From the NCBI RefSeq assembly GCF_013403875.1, contig NZ_JACBNX010000002.1, positions 157,889-189,888 of the forward strand: a stretch of DNA of 32,000 nt, given 5' to 3'. Below are positions 9,379 through 16,658 of this stretch, piece by piece; position 1 is the stretch's first letter, and every line of letters begins with the position of its first letter. A program made the translations under genes and the position numbers. Source of the DNA: Burkholderia guangdongensis. Its GTDB lineage: Bacteria; Pseudomonadota; Gammaproteobacteria; Burkholderiales; Burkholderiaceae. The notes below the pieces were generated by a model, which was given only the letters and a program-made list of their open reading frames with translations, was not told the DNA's origin and ran no database searches.

Positions 9379-9945
9379 ATGAAGCAGGCCAAGACATTCA
9401 CTGAAAAGGAACTCAAGCAGGTACTGACCTACATCTCGATGCGTCGGCATGTGCTGCGCAATCGGGCGATGGTGCTGCTGACGCATTGGGCCGGTATGCG
9501 TGTCGGCGAAGTAGCCGCATTGCTTGTTGGGGACGTGCTCAACGCAGATGGCTCGATCAAGTCGGAAATTCGACTTGCTCCTGAGCAGACCAAGGGACGT
9601 CACGCACGCACGGTCTTTCTCGGGCAGAAGTTGCGACGCGAACTGGTTGCCTATGTCGCCTGCCTCAAGAATCCGCGACCGGAGCGCCCGCTGTTCTATA
9701 CGCAGAAGCGGGCTGGGTTCACTGCCAACACGCTATGTCAGTACTTCCATTGGCTGTACAAGGATGCGGGCATTCAGGGGGCGAGCAGCCATTCAGGCCG
9801 ACGCTCGTTTATCACGAATCTGGCGAACAAGGGCGTAGGTGTTCGCGTGCTGATGTCTCTTGCGGGGCATCGGGACATTTCGACTACGCAGCGGTACATC
9901 GATGTCAACGACGAGATGCAGCGCAAGGCCGTGGATCTCGTGTGA
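9379..9945 (+). CDS. short tyrosine recombinase (catalytic domain only, ~188 aa)
   Basis: ATG 9379 is preceded by ggagggg. The catalytic residues appear as WAGMRVGEV (R), K in EQTKGRHARTVFL, HSGRRSF (H-x-x-R) and GHRDISTTQRYI (H...Y). There is no N-terminal core- or arm-binding domain. Confidence 0.8.
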   Translation: MKQAKTFTEKELKQVLTYISMRRHVLRNRAMVLLTHWAGMRVGEVAALLVGDVLNADGSIKSEIRLAPEQTKGRHARTVFLGQKLRRELVAYVACLKNPRPERPLFYTQKRAGFTANTLCQYFHWLYKDAGIQGASSHSGRRSFITNLANKGVGVRVLMSLAGHRDISTTQRYIDVNDEMQRKAVDLV

Positions 9946-10187
9946 TGAGCCGATACAGTCCTGCCCAGATAGAAGCACGTCGGCAGCTTGCCTTGGCGTT
10001 CAGGCGCGAGAGCAGGCCAGACCTGACGCATGTATTGGGTAGAGGATGGTCGCTCGGTCAGGAGGTGCGCCGACTCGACGACCGGCAGTATTTCGAGAGG
10101 GCCGTTCAGTTATTCAACCGGCGCATTGGCATTGCGAGGTTTGCGCCGTTGAACAAGGAGGACCTGTTCAGAGCAGCAGGCGTTTAG
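9945..10187 (+). CDS. hypothetical 80-aa protein, translationally coupled to the short recombinase
   Basis: Its ATG overlaps the recombinase stop (TGATG at 9943-9947). It is on the same strand with no gap. I recognise no family. Confidence 0.5.
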   Translation: MSRYSPAQIEARRQLALAFRRESRPDLTHVLGRGWSLGQEVRRLDDRQYFERAVQLFNRRIGIARFAPLNKEDLFRAAGV

Positions 10188-10209
10188 GAAACTCGCGAAG
10201 AATAAACAC

Positions 10210-10413
10210 ATGGCAATTTGTCCCGGTCGTATCCAGAATTACGCAGGTCAGCACAGCGGAAACGTCTACCGCTGCACCAAGTGCGGGGCCGTTGGCTGCA
10301 AGGATCATCGTTGCACGAACCGCAACTGGAGCAATGGCGGCGGTTGCTTGCATTGCGGTAGTCACGGAGCGATGAAATCCTTGTGGTTTCATCCCTCGGT
10401 CCAAGACGAATAG
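10210..10413 (+). CDS. Cys-rich mini-protein, paralog 1 (67 aa, 7 Cys, two CxxCG knuckles)
   Basis: MAICPGRIQNYAGQHSGNVYRCTKCGAVGCKDHRCTNRNWSNGGGCLHCGSHG... About 44 of 56 aligned residues are identical to the ORF at 12892..13068, and all 7 Cys are conserved. The DNA differs largely at synonymous positions, which supports real coding. Confidence 0.65.
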   Translation: MAICPGRIQNYAGQHSGNVYRCTKCGAVGCKDHRCTNRNWSNGGGCLHCGSHGAMKSLWFHPSVQDE

Positions 10414-10428
10414 TCTTGTAGCTATCCG

Positions 10429-10451
10429 AATTGTCGTTTTAACAGACAATT
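10429..10451. repeat. palindromic element copy 2 (AATTGTCgTTTTAACaGACAATT)
   Basis: It starts 16 nt after the stop of Cys-rich paralog 1. The outer 7-bp arms are perfect and there are two inner mismatches. Confidence 0.7.
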
Positions 10452-10601
10452 TGCACGTCGATTGCGCCGAACGCTGCGCAAGTGCTTTCTCTGGCAAGTT
10501 CGATTATCGGACCTGCGCCTGCTAAATTTCTGGCTCGCTGGTAGTCGTTGCATGTAGACTGCGAGCCCAACAGCATCGACCACACAACGCGGGGACAGCA
10601 G

Positions 10602-11729
10602 TTGAGATACAGGGGGATCGCCGCCGCTGTCAGCGGCATCGCGTTTGCGACGGCTTGCCAGCATGCTTCAGCCCAAAGTTCGGTCGCGCTGTATGGTATG
10701 ACGGAAGTCACGCTGCGCTACTTGAACAATGATGATGCTCAGAACAACGGTCGTCTGTTCATGACGAATGGGGCGATCATCAATAGTCATGTTGGGTTGC
10801 GCGGTGCGGAGAATTTGGACGAGGGCCTTAAGGCTGAATTCCAGATCGAGAGCAACTTCGATCCACAGGACGGTGCACTGAGCGACAGTGGCCGTTTTTT
10901 CGGAAGCGCGGCGAATGTCGGCCTGTCAGGTGAATTCGGAACGGTAACGCTCGGCCGTCAAGACACGCCGCTGTTTGACAAGCTGGTTACGACGTACGAT
11001 CCGCTGACCTATGCGAACTACCCGGAGAACTCATGGCTGCCATGGGCGCTCGAAGCGGGCCTTGCGGCCGACAATTCGATTAGATACACAGGGCAGTTCG
11101 GCAGGCTGTTTGTCGGTGCGATGTACTCGTTCGGCAGTAACTACGAGATAGGCGGTGCTGGTGGATTCTCGGGCCAGGTGCCCGGCCACTTTGCTGCGGG
11201 AAGTCTTGCGAACCTACTGGTGTCGTATTCCGCTGGTCCGCTTAACGTTGCGGCTGGCGTCCAGCAGGTACGCGACAACTCAAATAACCGGCAAACGGTC
11301 TTCAACGTCGATCTGATGTATGAGCTGCGTCGAGTGAAGCTTTACGCTGGTTGGCTGCATTCGCAAGACAATACGGGCCTTGTCGATATGCTGCTTGCCG
11401 AGCAACAAATCCCGGACATCAGTCGGCTGAAGGACACGAACCGTATCGATGACGGGCCATTTGCCGGATTTGCGTGGCGGATTGCTGCGCCGTTGCTCTT
11501 GTCCACTGCGTTTTATTACGATCACATGCGCAACGCTGCGACGGGCAACGGTACGTTGGGAAGCGGTAGTCGATCCACCCTTGTCGAGCTGGCTGAGTAT
11601 GAGCTTTCAAAGCGTACCGAAATTTATTGTACGGTGGATTTCAACAGGGTGACCGGTGCCGCAAGTGTGGAATTGCCGGGGCGTGGAAATCAGACGGGAG
11701 TCGCGATAGGGATGCGGAGCTTTTTCTGA
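10602..11729 (+). CDS. Gram-negative general porin (OmpC/porin_4-like)
   Basis: ORF 10548..11729. The likely start is the in-frame TTG at 10602, which gives the signal peptide MRYRGIAAAVSGIAFATACQHASA|QSSVALYG. The protein has an alternating beta-strand pattern and a C-terminal ...GMRSFF. Confidence 0.85.
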   Translation: MRYRGIAAAVSGIAFATACQHASAQSSVALYGMTEVTLRYLNNDDAQNNGRLFMTNGAIINSHVGLRGAENLDEGLKAEFQIESNFDPQDGALSDSGRFFGSAANVGLSGEFGTVTLGRQDTPLFDKLVTTYDPLTYANYPENSWLPWALEAGLAADNSIRYTGQFGRLFVGAMYSFGSNYEIGGAGGFSGQVPGHFAAGSLANLLVSYSAGPLNVAAGVQQVRDNSNNRQTVFNVDLMYELRRVKLYAGWLHSQDNTGLVDMLLAEQQIPDISRLKDTNRIDDGPFAGFAWRIAAPLLLSTAFYYDHMRNAATGNGTLGSGSRSTLVELAEYELSKRTEIYCTVDFNRVTGAASVELPGRGNQTGVAIGMRSFF

Positions 11730-11737
11730 TCTGATAG

Positions 11738-11754
11738 TGTCGGTTAGACCGGCA
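11738..11754. repeat. degenerate fifth copy of the palindromic element (TGTCGGTTaGACCGgCA)
   Basis: It matches the element consensus at about 14 of 18 positions. It lies between the convergent stops of the porin and MarR-like genes. Confidence 0.4.
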
Positions 11755-11766
11755 GATGCAAAAATG

Positions 11767-12114
11767 TCAGGTACCCTTCGTGGCCTTCGTGAAGGCTTCG
11801 GCGAGTTTGTCAAAGTGTCGGAGGGCCGCAGGCGTCAGCTCGATCTGCTTGCGACGAGCGTCTTCGGTGTCGCCGAGCATGATCCAGCCTTTGTCGCGCA
11901 TGGACGTAATGCGGGCGTGTAGCGTGGCGGGCGAGCCGAGCTCCGAATGAGCCATCATGTCCCGAACGGAAAGGCGCTCCTTCGCCTGCGTTGCACGGGC
12001 GATGAACTCCAATATCCGCTCTTCGAGCGGATCAAGCGACGGCAACGATGGCATCCCGCGCAACGCTTCAGTCAGTTGCAGGAATCGAAGGTAGATGTCG
12101 GCAGGGCGTGTCAT
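11767..12114 (-). CDS. MarR-family winged-helix transcriptional regulator
   Basis: ORF 11767..12144 has a TTG start; the first ATG is at 12114. L..EERILEFIA......LSVRDMMAHSELGSPATLHARITSMRDKGWI......DARRKQIELT fits the MarR wHTH pattern. Confidence 0.6.
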   Translation of the reverse strand: MTRPADIYLRFLQLTEALRGMPSLPSLDPLEERILEFIARATQAKERLSVRDMMAHSELGSPATLHARITSMRDKGWIMLGDTEDARRKQIELTPAALRHFDKLAEAFTKATKGT

Positions 12115-12211
12115 TGCGTATGTTCCGAACGCGACAACTTCCAAGCCGTGACAGGTCGTAGGACTATCATCCGAATCGGCCAGAACAGGGTATCCAACAT
12201 TTTATACGACA

Positions 12212-12769
12212 ATGTCTAGCTTACGTTTACATTTCTGGTCGATTGCGGGGACGGTCGTCGTGTTCATCCTGTCGTTGTGGTTGAACGAAGTGATCTTCAC
12301 GCATAGCGAGTTCGTTCGCGGCGTGAACTGGATTTACCTACCGTCAGGCGTGAGACTCTTGAGCACGCTGTTGCTGGGCGGCGATGGCGCAATCGGTCTG
12401 CTGATTGCGAGCTTGCTTGTCAATTTCTTCTACTTTTTCCCGCATGATCCGGTGCGCTCGATCGCAGGAGCAATCATTTCAACGGTCGCACCCTATGCGG
12501 TCTATCGCCTTGCAATAGAGTGGTACGGGCTTCGTGCGTCATTGACGAACCTTACGCCGAAGCGGTTGCTCCTGTTGGCGATTGCGTATTCCGTTGCGAA
12601 TCCGTTGCTTCTTCACGTGTGGTTTTTCCTGCAAGGTAACACGCACAACTTTGGCGAGCGATTGCTGGTGATGATTGTCGGTGATCTAGCCGGTGCGTTG
12701 ATCGTGCTGTATGTAGTAAAGGGGGCAATTTCGCTATTGCGAGTGCGACATAGCGCGCCGATCAATTAG
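12212..12769 (+). CDS. polytopic inner-membrane protein of unknown function (185 aa, ~5-6 TM)
   Basis: Hydrophobic segments run throughout (VVVFILSLWL, LLSTLLLGGDGAIGLLIASLLVNFFYFF, LLLLAIAYSVANPLLL, VGDLAGALIVLYVV). The gene is divergent from the MarR-like gene. Confidence 0.6.
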   Translation: MSSLRLHFWSIAGTVVVFILSLWLNEVIFTHSEFVRGVNWIYLPSGVRLLSTLLLGGDGAIGLLIASLLVNFFYFFPHDPVRSIAGAIISTVAPYAVYRLAIEWYGLRASLTNLTPKRLLLLAIAYSVANPLLLHVWFFLQGNTHNFGERLLVMIVGDLAGALIVLYVVKGAISLLRVRHSAPIN

Positions 12770-12823
12770 GCAGCGTGGAAGCGTCTTTAGTTGAGAGTAC
12801 CCATGACGCCCTAGATAGGCGGT

Positions 12824-12852
12824 CCGGATTGTCAGTTTAACCGACAATCCGG
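12824..12852. repeat. palindromic element copy 3 (CCGGATTGTCaGTT-T-AACCGACAATCCGG)
   Basis: A 14-1-14 palindrome with one mismatch, between the convergent stops of the membrane protein gene (12769) and Cys-rich paralog 2 (12892). Confidence 0.8.
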
Positions 12853-12891
12853 GATTGTTTGATGTCTTTTGTATCGGATGGCAAAGCGAAA

Positions 12892-13068
12892 CTACACGAC
12901 TTTCATGGTACCGTGACTGCCGCAGCGTAGGCAGCCGCCGCTCTGACTCCAATTATGATTCGAGCATCGGTGATCTTTGCAGCCGACCGCGCCACATTTG
13001 GTACAACGGTAGACGTTCGACGCATGCTGGCCGGGATGATTGGGGATGCGGCCGGGACAAAGAGCCAT
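12892..13068 (-). CDS. Cys-rich mini-protein, paralog 2 (58 aa)
   Basis: The ATG (comp. 13066-13068) is preceded by ggag at a 6-nt spacing; the track start at 13080 is a TTG. MALCPGRIPNHPGQHASNVYRCTKCGAVGCKDHRCSNHNWSQSGGCLRCGSHGTMKVV is paralogous to 10210..10413. Confidence 0.65.
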   Translation of the reverse strand: MALCPGRIPNHPGQHASNVYRCTKCGAVGCKDHRCSNHNWSQSGGCLRCGSHGTMKVV

Positions 13069-13110
13069 ATTTTTCTCCAAATAAATTGGGGTATTGGGAG
13101 TGCGATAAAA

Positions 13111-13365
13111 TTAAGGATTGTTTTTTAACGATTTGTATTCGACATCATCGATCAGATACGCGCTGCAAAGCTTTTCTTCCGTCAGCGCGTTACGTGTACC
13201 AAATGACGTCAGAAGGGGCGTCGATGCAGGCGCATGACGTACTCCGGCGTGCGCGCCTTCTGTGCCGGCAATAATTCCCAGCACAATAAGCGTGATCAGC
13301 CACCAAAACATTCTTCGACCAAATAGCATGATCAGCACAATTACAGCAAGTAGAAAAATGATCAT
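13111..13365 (-). CDS. small membrane protein (84 aa, two N-terminal TM helices)
   Basis: MIIFLLAVIVLIMLFGRRMFWWLITLIVLGIIAG... It starts 14 nt after the stop of the upstream TPR protein gene, on the same strand. Confidence 0.5.
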   Translation of the reverse strand: MIIFLLAVIVLIMLFGRRMFWWLITLIVLGIIAGTEGAHAGVRHAPASTPLLTSFGTRNALTEEKLCSAYLIDDVEYKSLKNNP

Positions 13366-13379
13366 TCTACGACCTGGCT

Positions 13380-15038
13380 CTACTGGAAGTTGGGTCGTCT
13401 ATTCTCGGTAAACCACGCTTTACTTGCTGCATACATATTGATCACCTCCGGATCCTTTTCCTCCGATAATTTTGAGGTGATAAAGTTGAGGGTTCTTTGC
13501 TTGTCGCTCGAGAACTGATATGCCAACCACATGGCCTCCAAGGCTTGATCTGGTCGGTGTTCTTTCGCGATCGTTACAGCTAAAGGTGCCCAAACGCTGG
13601 TTCGCCTTGGATTGAGAGTCAGCGCCAGTACGGCGGTGTCCTCGGATTTTGCGAGTTGTCCGTCAGCGGCGTAAGCATAAGACAGGTTGCTTACAATCTC
13701 CACGTCACCAGGGTCGGTCTGATTTGCTTGGGTGAGCAATTTGACTGCATCGTCCGGTCTTGAATCCTTTAGCGCGTTCAAGGCATCTACATTGAATTTT
13801 CGTGCGACTGCCTTGTCGCCGCGAGTCGGTTTGGAGAGAGAGTCAATAGTGTTCGCTGCCTGCATGGCTCCCGCGAGATTTTCCGACTTGGCGAAGGCCA
13901 GCATGGTCTTGGCGCAATCAACTGCGGTCGCGCACGTAGCAGTCTGATCTGTAGTGGCCACCTGCGTTGCTGTCGCCGATGGAGGCAAGGAGGGCGCGAT
14001 TGATGATGTTGTGACGCCATTGCTTGTAGGTAAGGGGGCGGCATCGTGCGACGCGGTGCTGGCTGGTGTGATGGTGGCGGTACCTGCTGACGGCACGCCA
14101 CTCGACTTGACCTCCGCCGGTGCGGTCGCCGCGGCGGTTGTCTCGGAATTAGTGGTTGGCGCACTGGTAGCGGTTGCGGAAGCGGACGCGCGCGGCGGGA
14201 ATGTGTCCGTCGACGCAACAATAAACTTCGTGGCAGGCTCCTCAGTCGAGGACTCCGACGTCCAGCTACCTCCCGCGCTGTGTTGCAAGTATCGTGAGAC
14301 TGAACCGTTTGCCATAATGTAATTACACTCTTTGTCTATTACGTTATGAAATTGGTCAACATAGTGGTAGTCAATAGTCGGGCCTGACGGCGGAAATCGT
14401 CTGAACTCGGTGAGCGTGGCGTATGGCCGGTCCATCGGCCAATATGCATGTTCCAGGCAGTCATCTTTATAAATTTCGTTTTCTTTTGCGATTCGAGCGG
14501 ATGTGGCAGCGCTGTTTTCAACGTGATATATCTTCGCATCTCGGACGTGCCACTGAAAGCTGTTTTCGAAGAACCCAGGCTCGTCCAAAACTCCGGAAAA
14601 TGTCACCTCTGTACTGTCGGGGGCAGATTTGTATGGTGTTGGGTCTATCCCTTTAAGCTCAAGTTTCTCACCTTGTGGAGTCTCAACTATCAAGAACTTA
14701 TTTTGTGTGTCAACTATATCGGCATGCCAAAAAATATGCTTTCCTTGGAATTTGCTGTGATCGAGCAGCGTTGAAGTGAACTCCTCCTGTGAGATCTCAC
14801 TTTTTGGTATTTCTTCAATAGGTGTATCGCGTGATCGGCGATTTGAACTGTGAAATGTTGCGCCTATAATCGGGCTCAATATGAATACGCCAATGAAAAT
14901 TAGGTAAAGCTTGCGACCTACTGGCGTAAGGTGAGAGCTTATGTTGCGTATTGAGAAACCATTCCAGTAGCTAATATTGGGTGATCGAAAGCAGGCAATT
15001 ACAATAAGCATTCCTATGAGTCCGAGCGCGGAGATCAT
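13380..15038 (-). CDS. membrane-anchored protein with Ser/Thr/Ala/Pro-rich linker and C-terminal TPR-like repeats (552 aa)
   Basis: The ATG has an aagga SD. There are two N-terminal TM segments, a globular middle region, a low-complexity region of over 100 aa (ASASATATSAPTTNSETTAAATAPA...) and C-terminal TPR-like helices (..AVKLLTQANQTDPGDVEIVSNLSYAYAADGQLAKSEDTAVLALTLNP..). Confidence 0.7.
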   Translation of the reverse strand: MISALGLIGMLIVIACFRSPNISYWNGFSIRNISSHLTPVGRKLYLIFIGVFILSPIIGATFHSSNRRSRDTPIEEIPKSEISQEEFTSTLLDHSKFQGKHIFWHADIVDTQNKFLIVETPQGEKLELKGIDPTPYKSAPDSTEVTFSGVLDEPGFFENSFQWHVRDAKIYHVENSAATSARIAKENEIYKDDCLEHAYWPMDRPYATLTEFRRFPPSGPTIDYHYVDQFHNVIDKECNYIMANGSVSRYLQHSAGGSWTSESSTEEPATKFIVASTDTFPPRASASATATSAPTTNSETTAAATAPAEVKSSGVPSAGTATITPASTASHDAAPLPTSNGVTTSSIAPSLPPSATATQVATTDQTATCATAVDCAKTMLAFAKSENLAGAMQAANTIDSLSKPTRGDKAVARKFNVDALNALKDSRPDDAVKLLTQANQTDPGDVEIVSNLSYAYAADGQLAKSEDTAVLALTLNPRRTSVWAPLAVTIAKEHRPDQALEAMWLAYQFSSDKQRTLNFITSKLSEEKDPEVINMYAASKAWFTENRRPNFQ

Positions 15039-15160
15039 TTTTTTCCTTTTTCAAAGTGATTCGGACTTTCGTCAATGTGGTAAAATGATTGTGAGGATTG
15101 AGGTGATATAGAATTATTTAGGTATTCGTGGTAAAGCCCCGGAGGATTTTAGAGTGTAAG

Positions 15161-15811
15161 TCAAAGTTTGCGTGGCGTGCGGCAATGACTGCGATCAGAT
15201 AACCGCTCGTACAAGTAGGGCCAATCGACCGCAAGCAAAGGTATGGTCCGGTCGTTTCGGGATCGGTATGCGAAGAATCGTATCCAGCCATCCAGAAAGA
15301 TGCTTTTGCCTGGACTGAGCAAGCACGGTGGCCTATCAACAAGTGGAATCGTCACAGGTGGGAATAGTGCAGCGACCTTCTCAAGCGCGTGTGACGCGTT
15401 CCTTTCCGTCTGAAGATTGCTTGCTCCGCTAAGCAGATAGCGTTGCACGGCTTCTTCGACACTGAGCGTATCGAGTTCGACGTAAGACGCACGAACTCCG
15501 CCGAGAGCGGATTGACATGTGGATCTCGTATCAGAGTGTCCCGCCATCCGACTTAGCACGGAAAGCTGGACGTAAGAAGGCAGGGAGCCAAAGTCCGTCT
15601 CGCCACATTGCAGCGTGTCTCGAAACGTGGGGTAGGCTAGGAGCCATGCGCTGATTCTGGCATGGCCTGGATGAGACCGATCGGCCGGACATGCCGGCAG
15701 GTCTGGCTGATGCGCGCGCATGGCTTCCCCGTAATTGTTATAAAAACTATAACGCCGTGCGGCGCCGCGCGCAAGACTGCAATGCACCGGCAGGCTCGCT
15801 TGCTTGCGCAC
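15161..15811 (-). CDS. hypothetical protein (weak call; GTG start at 15811, alternative ATG at 15721)
   Basis: This is the longest ORF in the segment and shares the strand of the upstream ATPase cassette. I recognise no motifs, and there are overlapping ORFs on the other strand. It could be a pseudogene or non-coding. Confidence 0.3.
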   Translation of the reverse strand: MRKQASLPVHCSLARGAARRYSFYNNYGEAMRAHQPDLPACPADRSHPGHARISAWLLAYPTFRDTLQCGETDFGSLPSYVQLSVLSRMAGHSDTRSTCQSALGGVRASYVELDTLSVEEAVQRYLLSGASNLQTERNASHALEKVAALFPPVTIPLVDRPPCLLSPGKSIFLDGWIRFFAYRSRNDRTIPLLAVDWPYLYERLSDRSHCRTPRKL

Positions 15812-15835
15812 GCCGACGGGGTGAATGATTGGCGG

Positions 15836-15856
15836 AACGTAGGTGACACCTACGTT
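15836..15856. repeat. perfect 21-bp palindrome AACGTAGGTG-A-CACCTACGTT
   Basis: A 10-1-10 perfect inverted repeat in the 109-bp gap between the ATPase gene stop (15921) and ORF 15161..15811. No T-tract follows on either strand. Confidence 0.75.
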
Positions 15857-15920
15857 TGGCAGGTTCCGAGCGACCCGCCCGAACGGTGGAACTGCCCGGG
15901 ACGGGTGCGGATTTGCTTGC

Positions 15921-16604
15921 TTACGGCTGGTAGGCGATGGCCCGAAGCTGAGCGCTGTTGTTCAGTTGATAGGCGACGTCCTGACTATTATCGAGAATTT
16001 CGCGGGGATTATTGCCCTTGGCGATAATACGGTTTCGAATGAACTTGTCGCTAATACTTCCGGCATTCGGAACGCCTGCTTCTGTAAGGGCAGTTCGTGC
16101 GAGCGGGATCCAAACATCCATATTGGACGGCTGAAATGAGATGCACTTGCTCCGCGACACCACACCGGGATCGATTCTGTCGATGTGGTTTGTGGTCATG
16201 ATGAAAACCGCATTGAATATGCTGGCGCCGTAAGTCTGGTTCATCACACTTTTCAGCTGTCTCATCGCGACAGGCGTGAGGTTGTCGGCCTCGTCAAGAA
16301 TAATGTAGTGGAACGTGCCGCTCAAGGTAGCATAGCTGATCTGAGTGTGGATCGAATTAATCAGCGCAACATCGTTATTGCCGGACATGCAGTCTTCGTA
16401 ACGGATGTTTGGCATATCGGACGAGTACTTTACTTCTATGCCTACCGGCAGAAGTTTTGCACAGGTCGTCTTTCCGGTTCCATATGGACCATACAGGATG
16501 ATGCCGTTAGTTCCATTTGCCGGAAACACGTAACACGGTTCAATGAGGCGCTTGATTGACGACTCGGTATTCGCTGAAGGAAAGGTCAGGTTGTTGATGA
16601 TCAT
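15921..16604 (-). CDS. truncated clamp-loader-like (RFC small subunit / T4 gp44-like) AAA+ ATPase, 227 aa
   Basis: Motifs: Walker A GIILYGPYGTGKTTCAK; Walker B HYIILDEADNLT; sensor-1 FIMTTN; and the SRC-like motif DPGVVSRSKCISF. Order and spacing match the clamp-loader ATPase module, but the C-terminal collar domain appears to be missing. Confidence 0.75.
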   Translation of the reverse strand: MIINNLTFPSANTESSIKRLIEPCYVFPANGTNGIILYGPYGTGKTTCAKLLPVGIEVKYSSDMPNIRYEDCMSGNNDVALINSIHTQISYATLSGTFHYIILDEADNLTPVAMRQLKSVMNQTYGASIFNAVFIMTTNHIDRIDPGVVSRSKCISFQPSNMDVWIPLARTALTEAGVPNAGSISDKFIRNRIIAKGNNPREILDNSQDVAYQLNNSAQLRAIAYQP

Positions 16605-16658
16605 GATAAGTTATCCTATATAAATGGGCGTCTAGGCCTTCCCAAACACCCGCATTGA

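Noticed and set aside
10046-10375. ORFs 10046..10375 (+) and 10168..10497 (-) overlapping Cys-rich paralog 1, and 12855..13274 (+) overlapping paralog 2
   Set aside because: Only the Cys-rich frames are conserved between the two diverged copies. The alternative frames are not conserved.
10429-12852. Composite transposon bounded by IS elements
   Set aside because: No transposase or IS-like terminal repeats are present. The inverted units are about 200-bp Cys-rich genes that have diverged substantially at the DNA level, so they are not recent IS copies. The bracketing is reported as a finding, without calling it a transposon.
13732-14774. Plus-strand ORFs (13732..13947, 13954..14322, 14423..14656, 14448..14774) inside the TPR-protein gene
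   Set aside because: They are short, antisense to a long uninterrupted ORF with a good SD, and lack start-site signals.
15662-16559. Plus-strand ORFs 15662..16027, 15843..16139 and 16185..16559
   Set aside because: They are antisense to the AAA+ ATPase gene, which has clear Walker motifs, or span the intergenic palindrome. There is no supporting signal.
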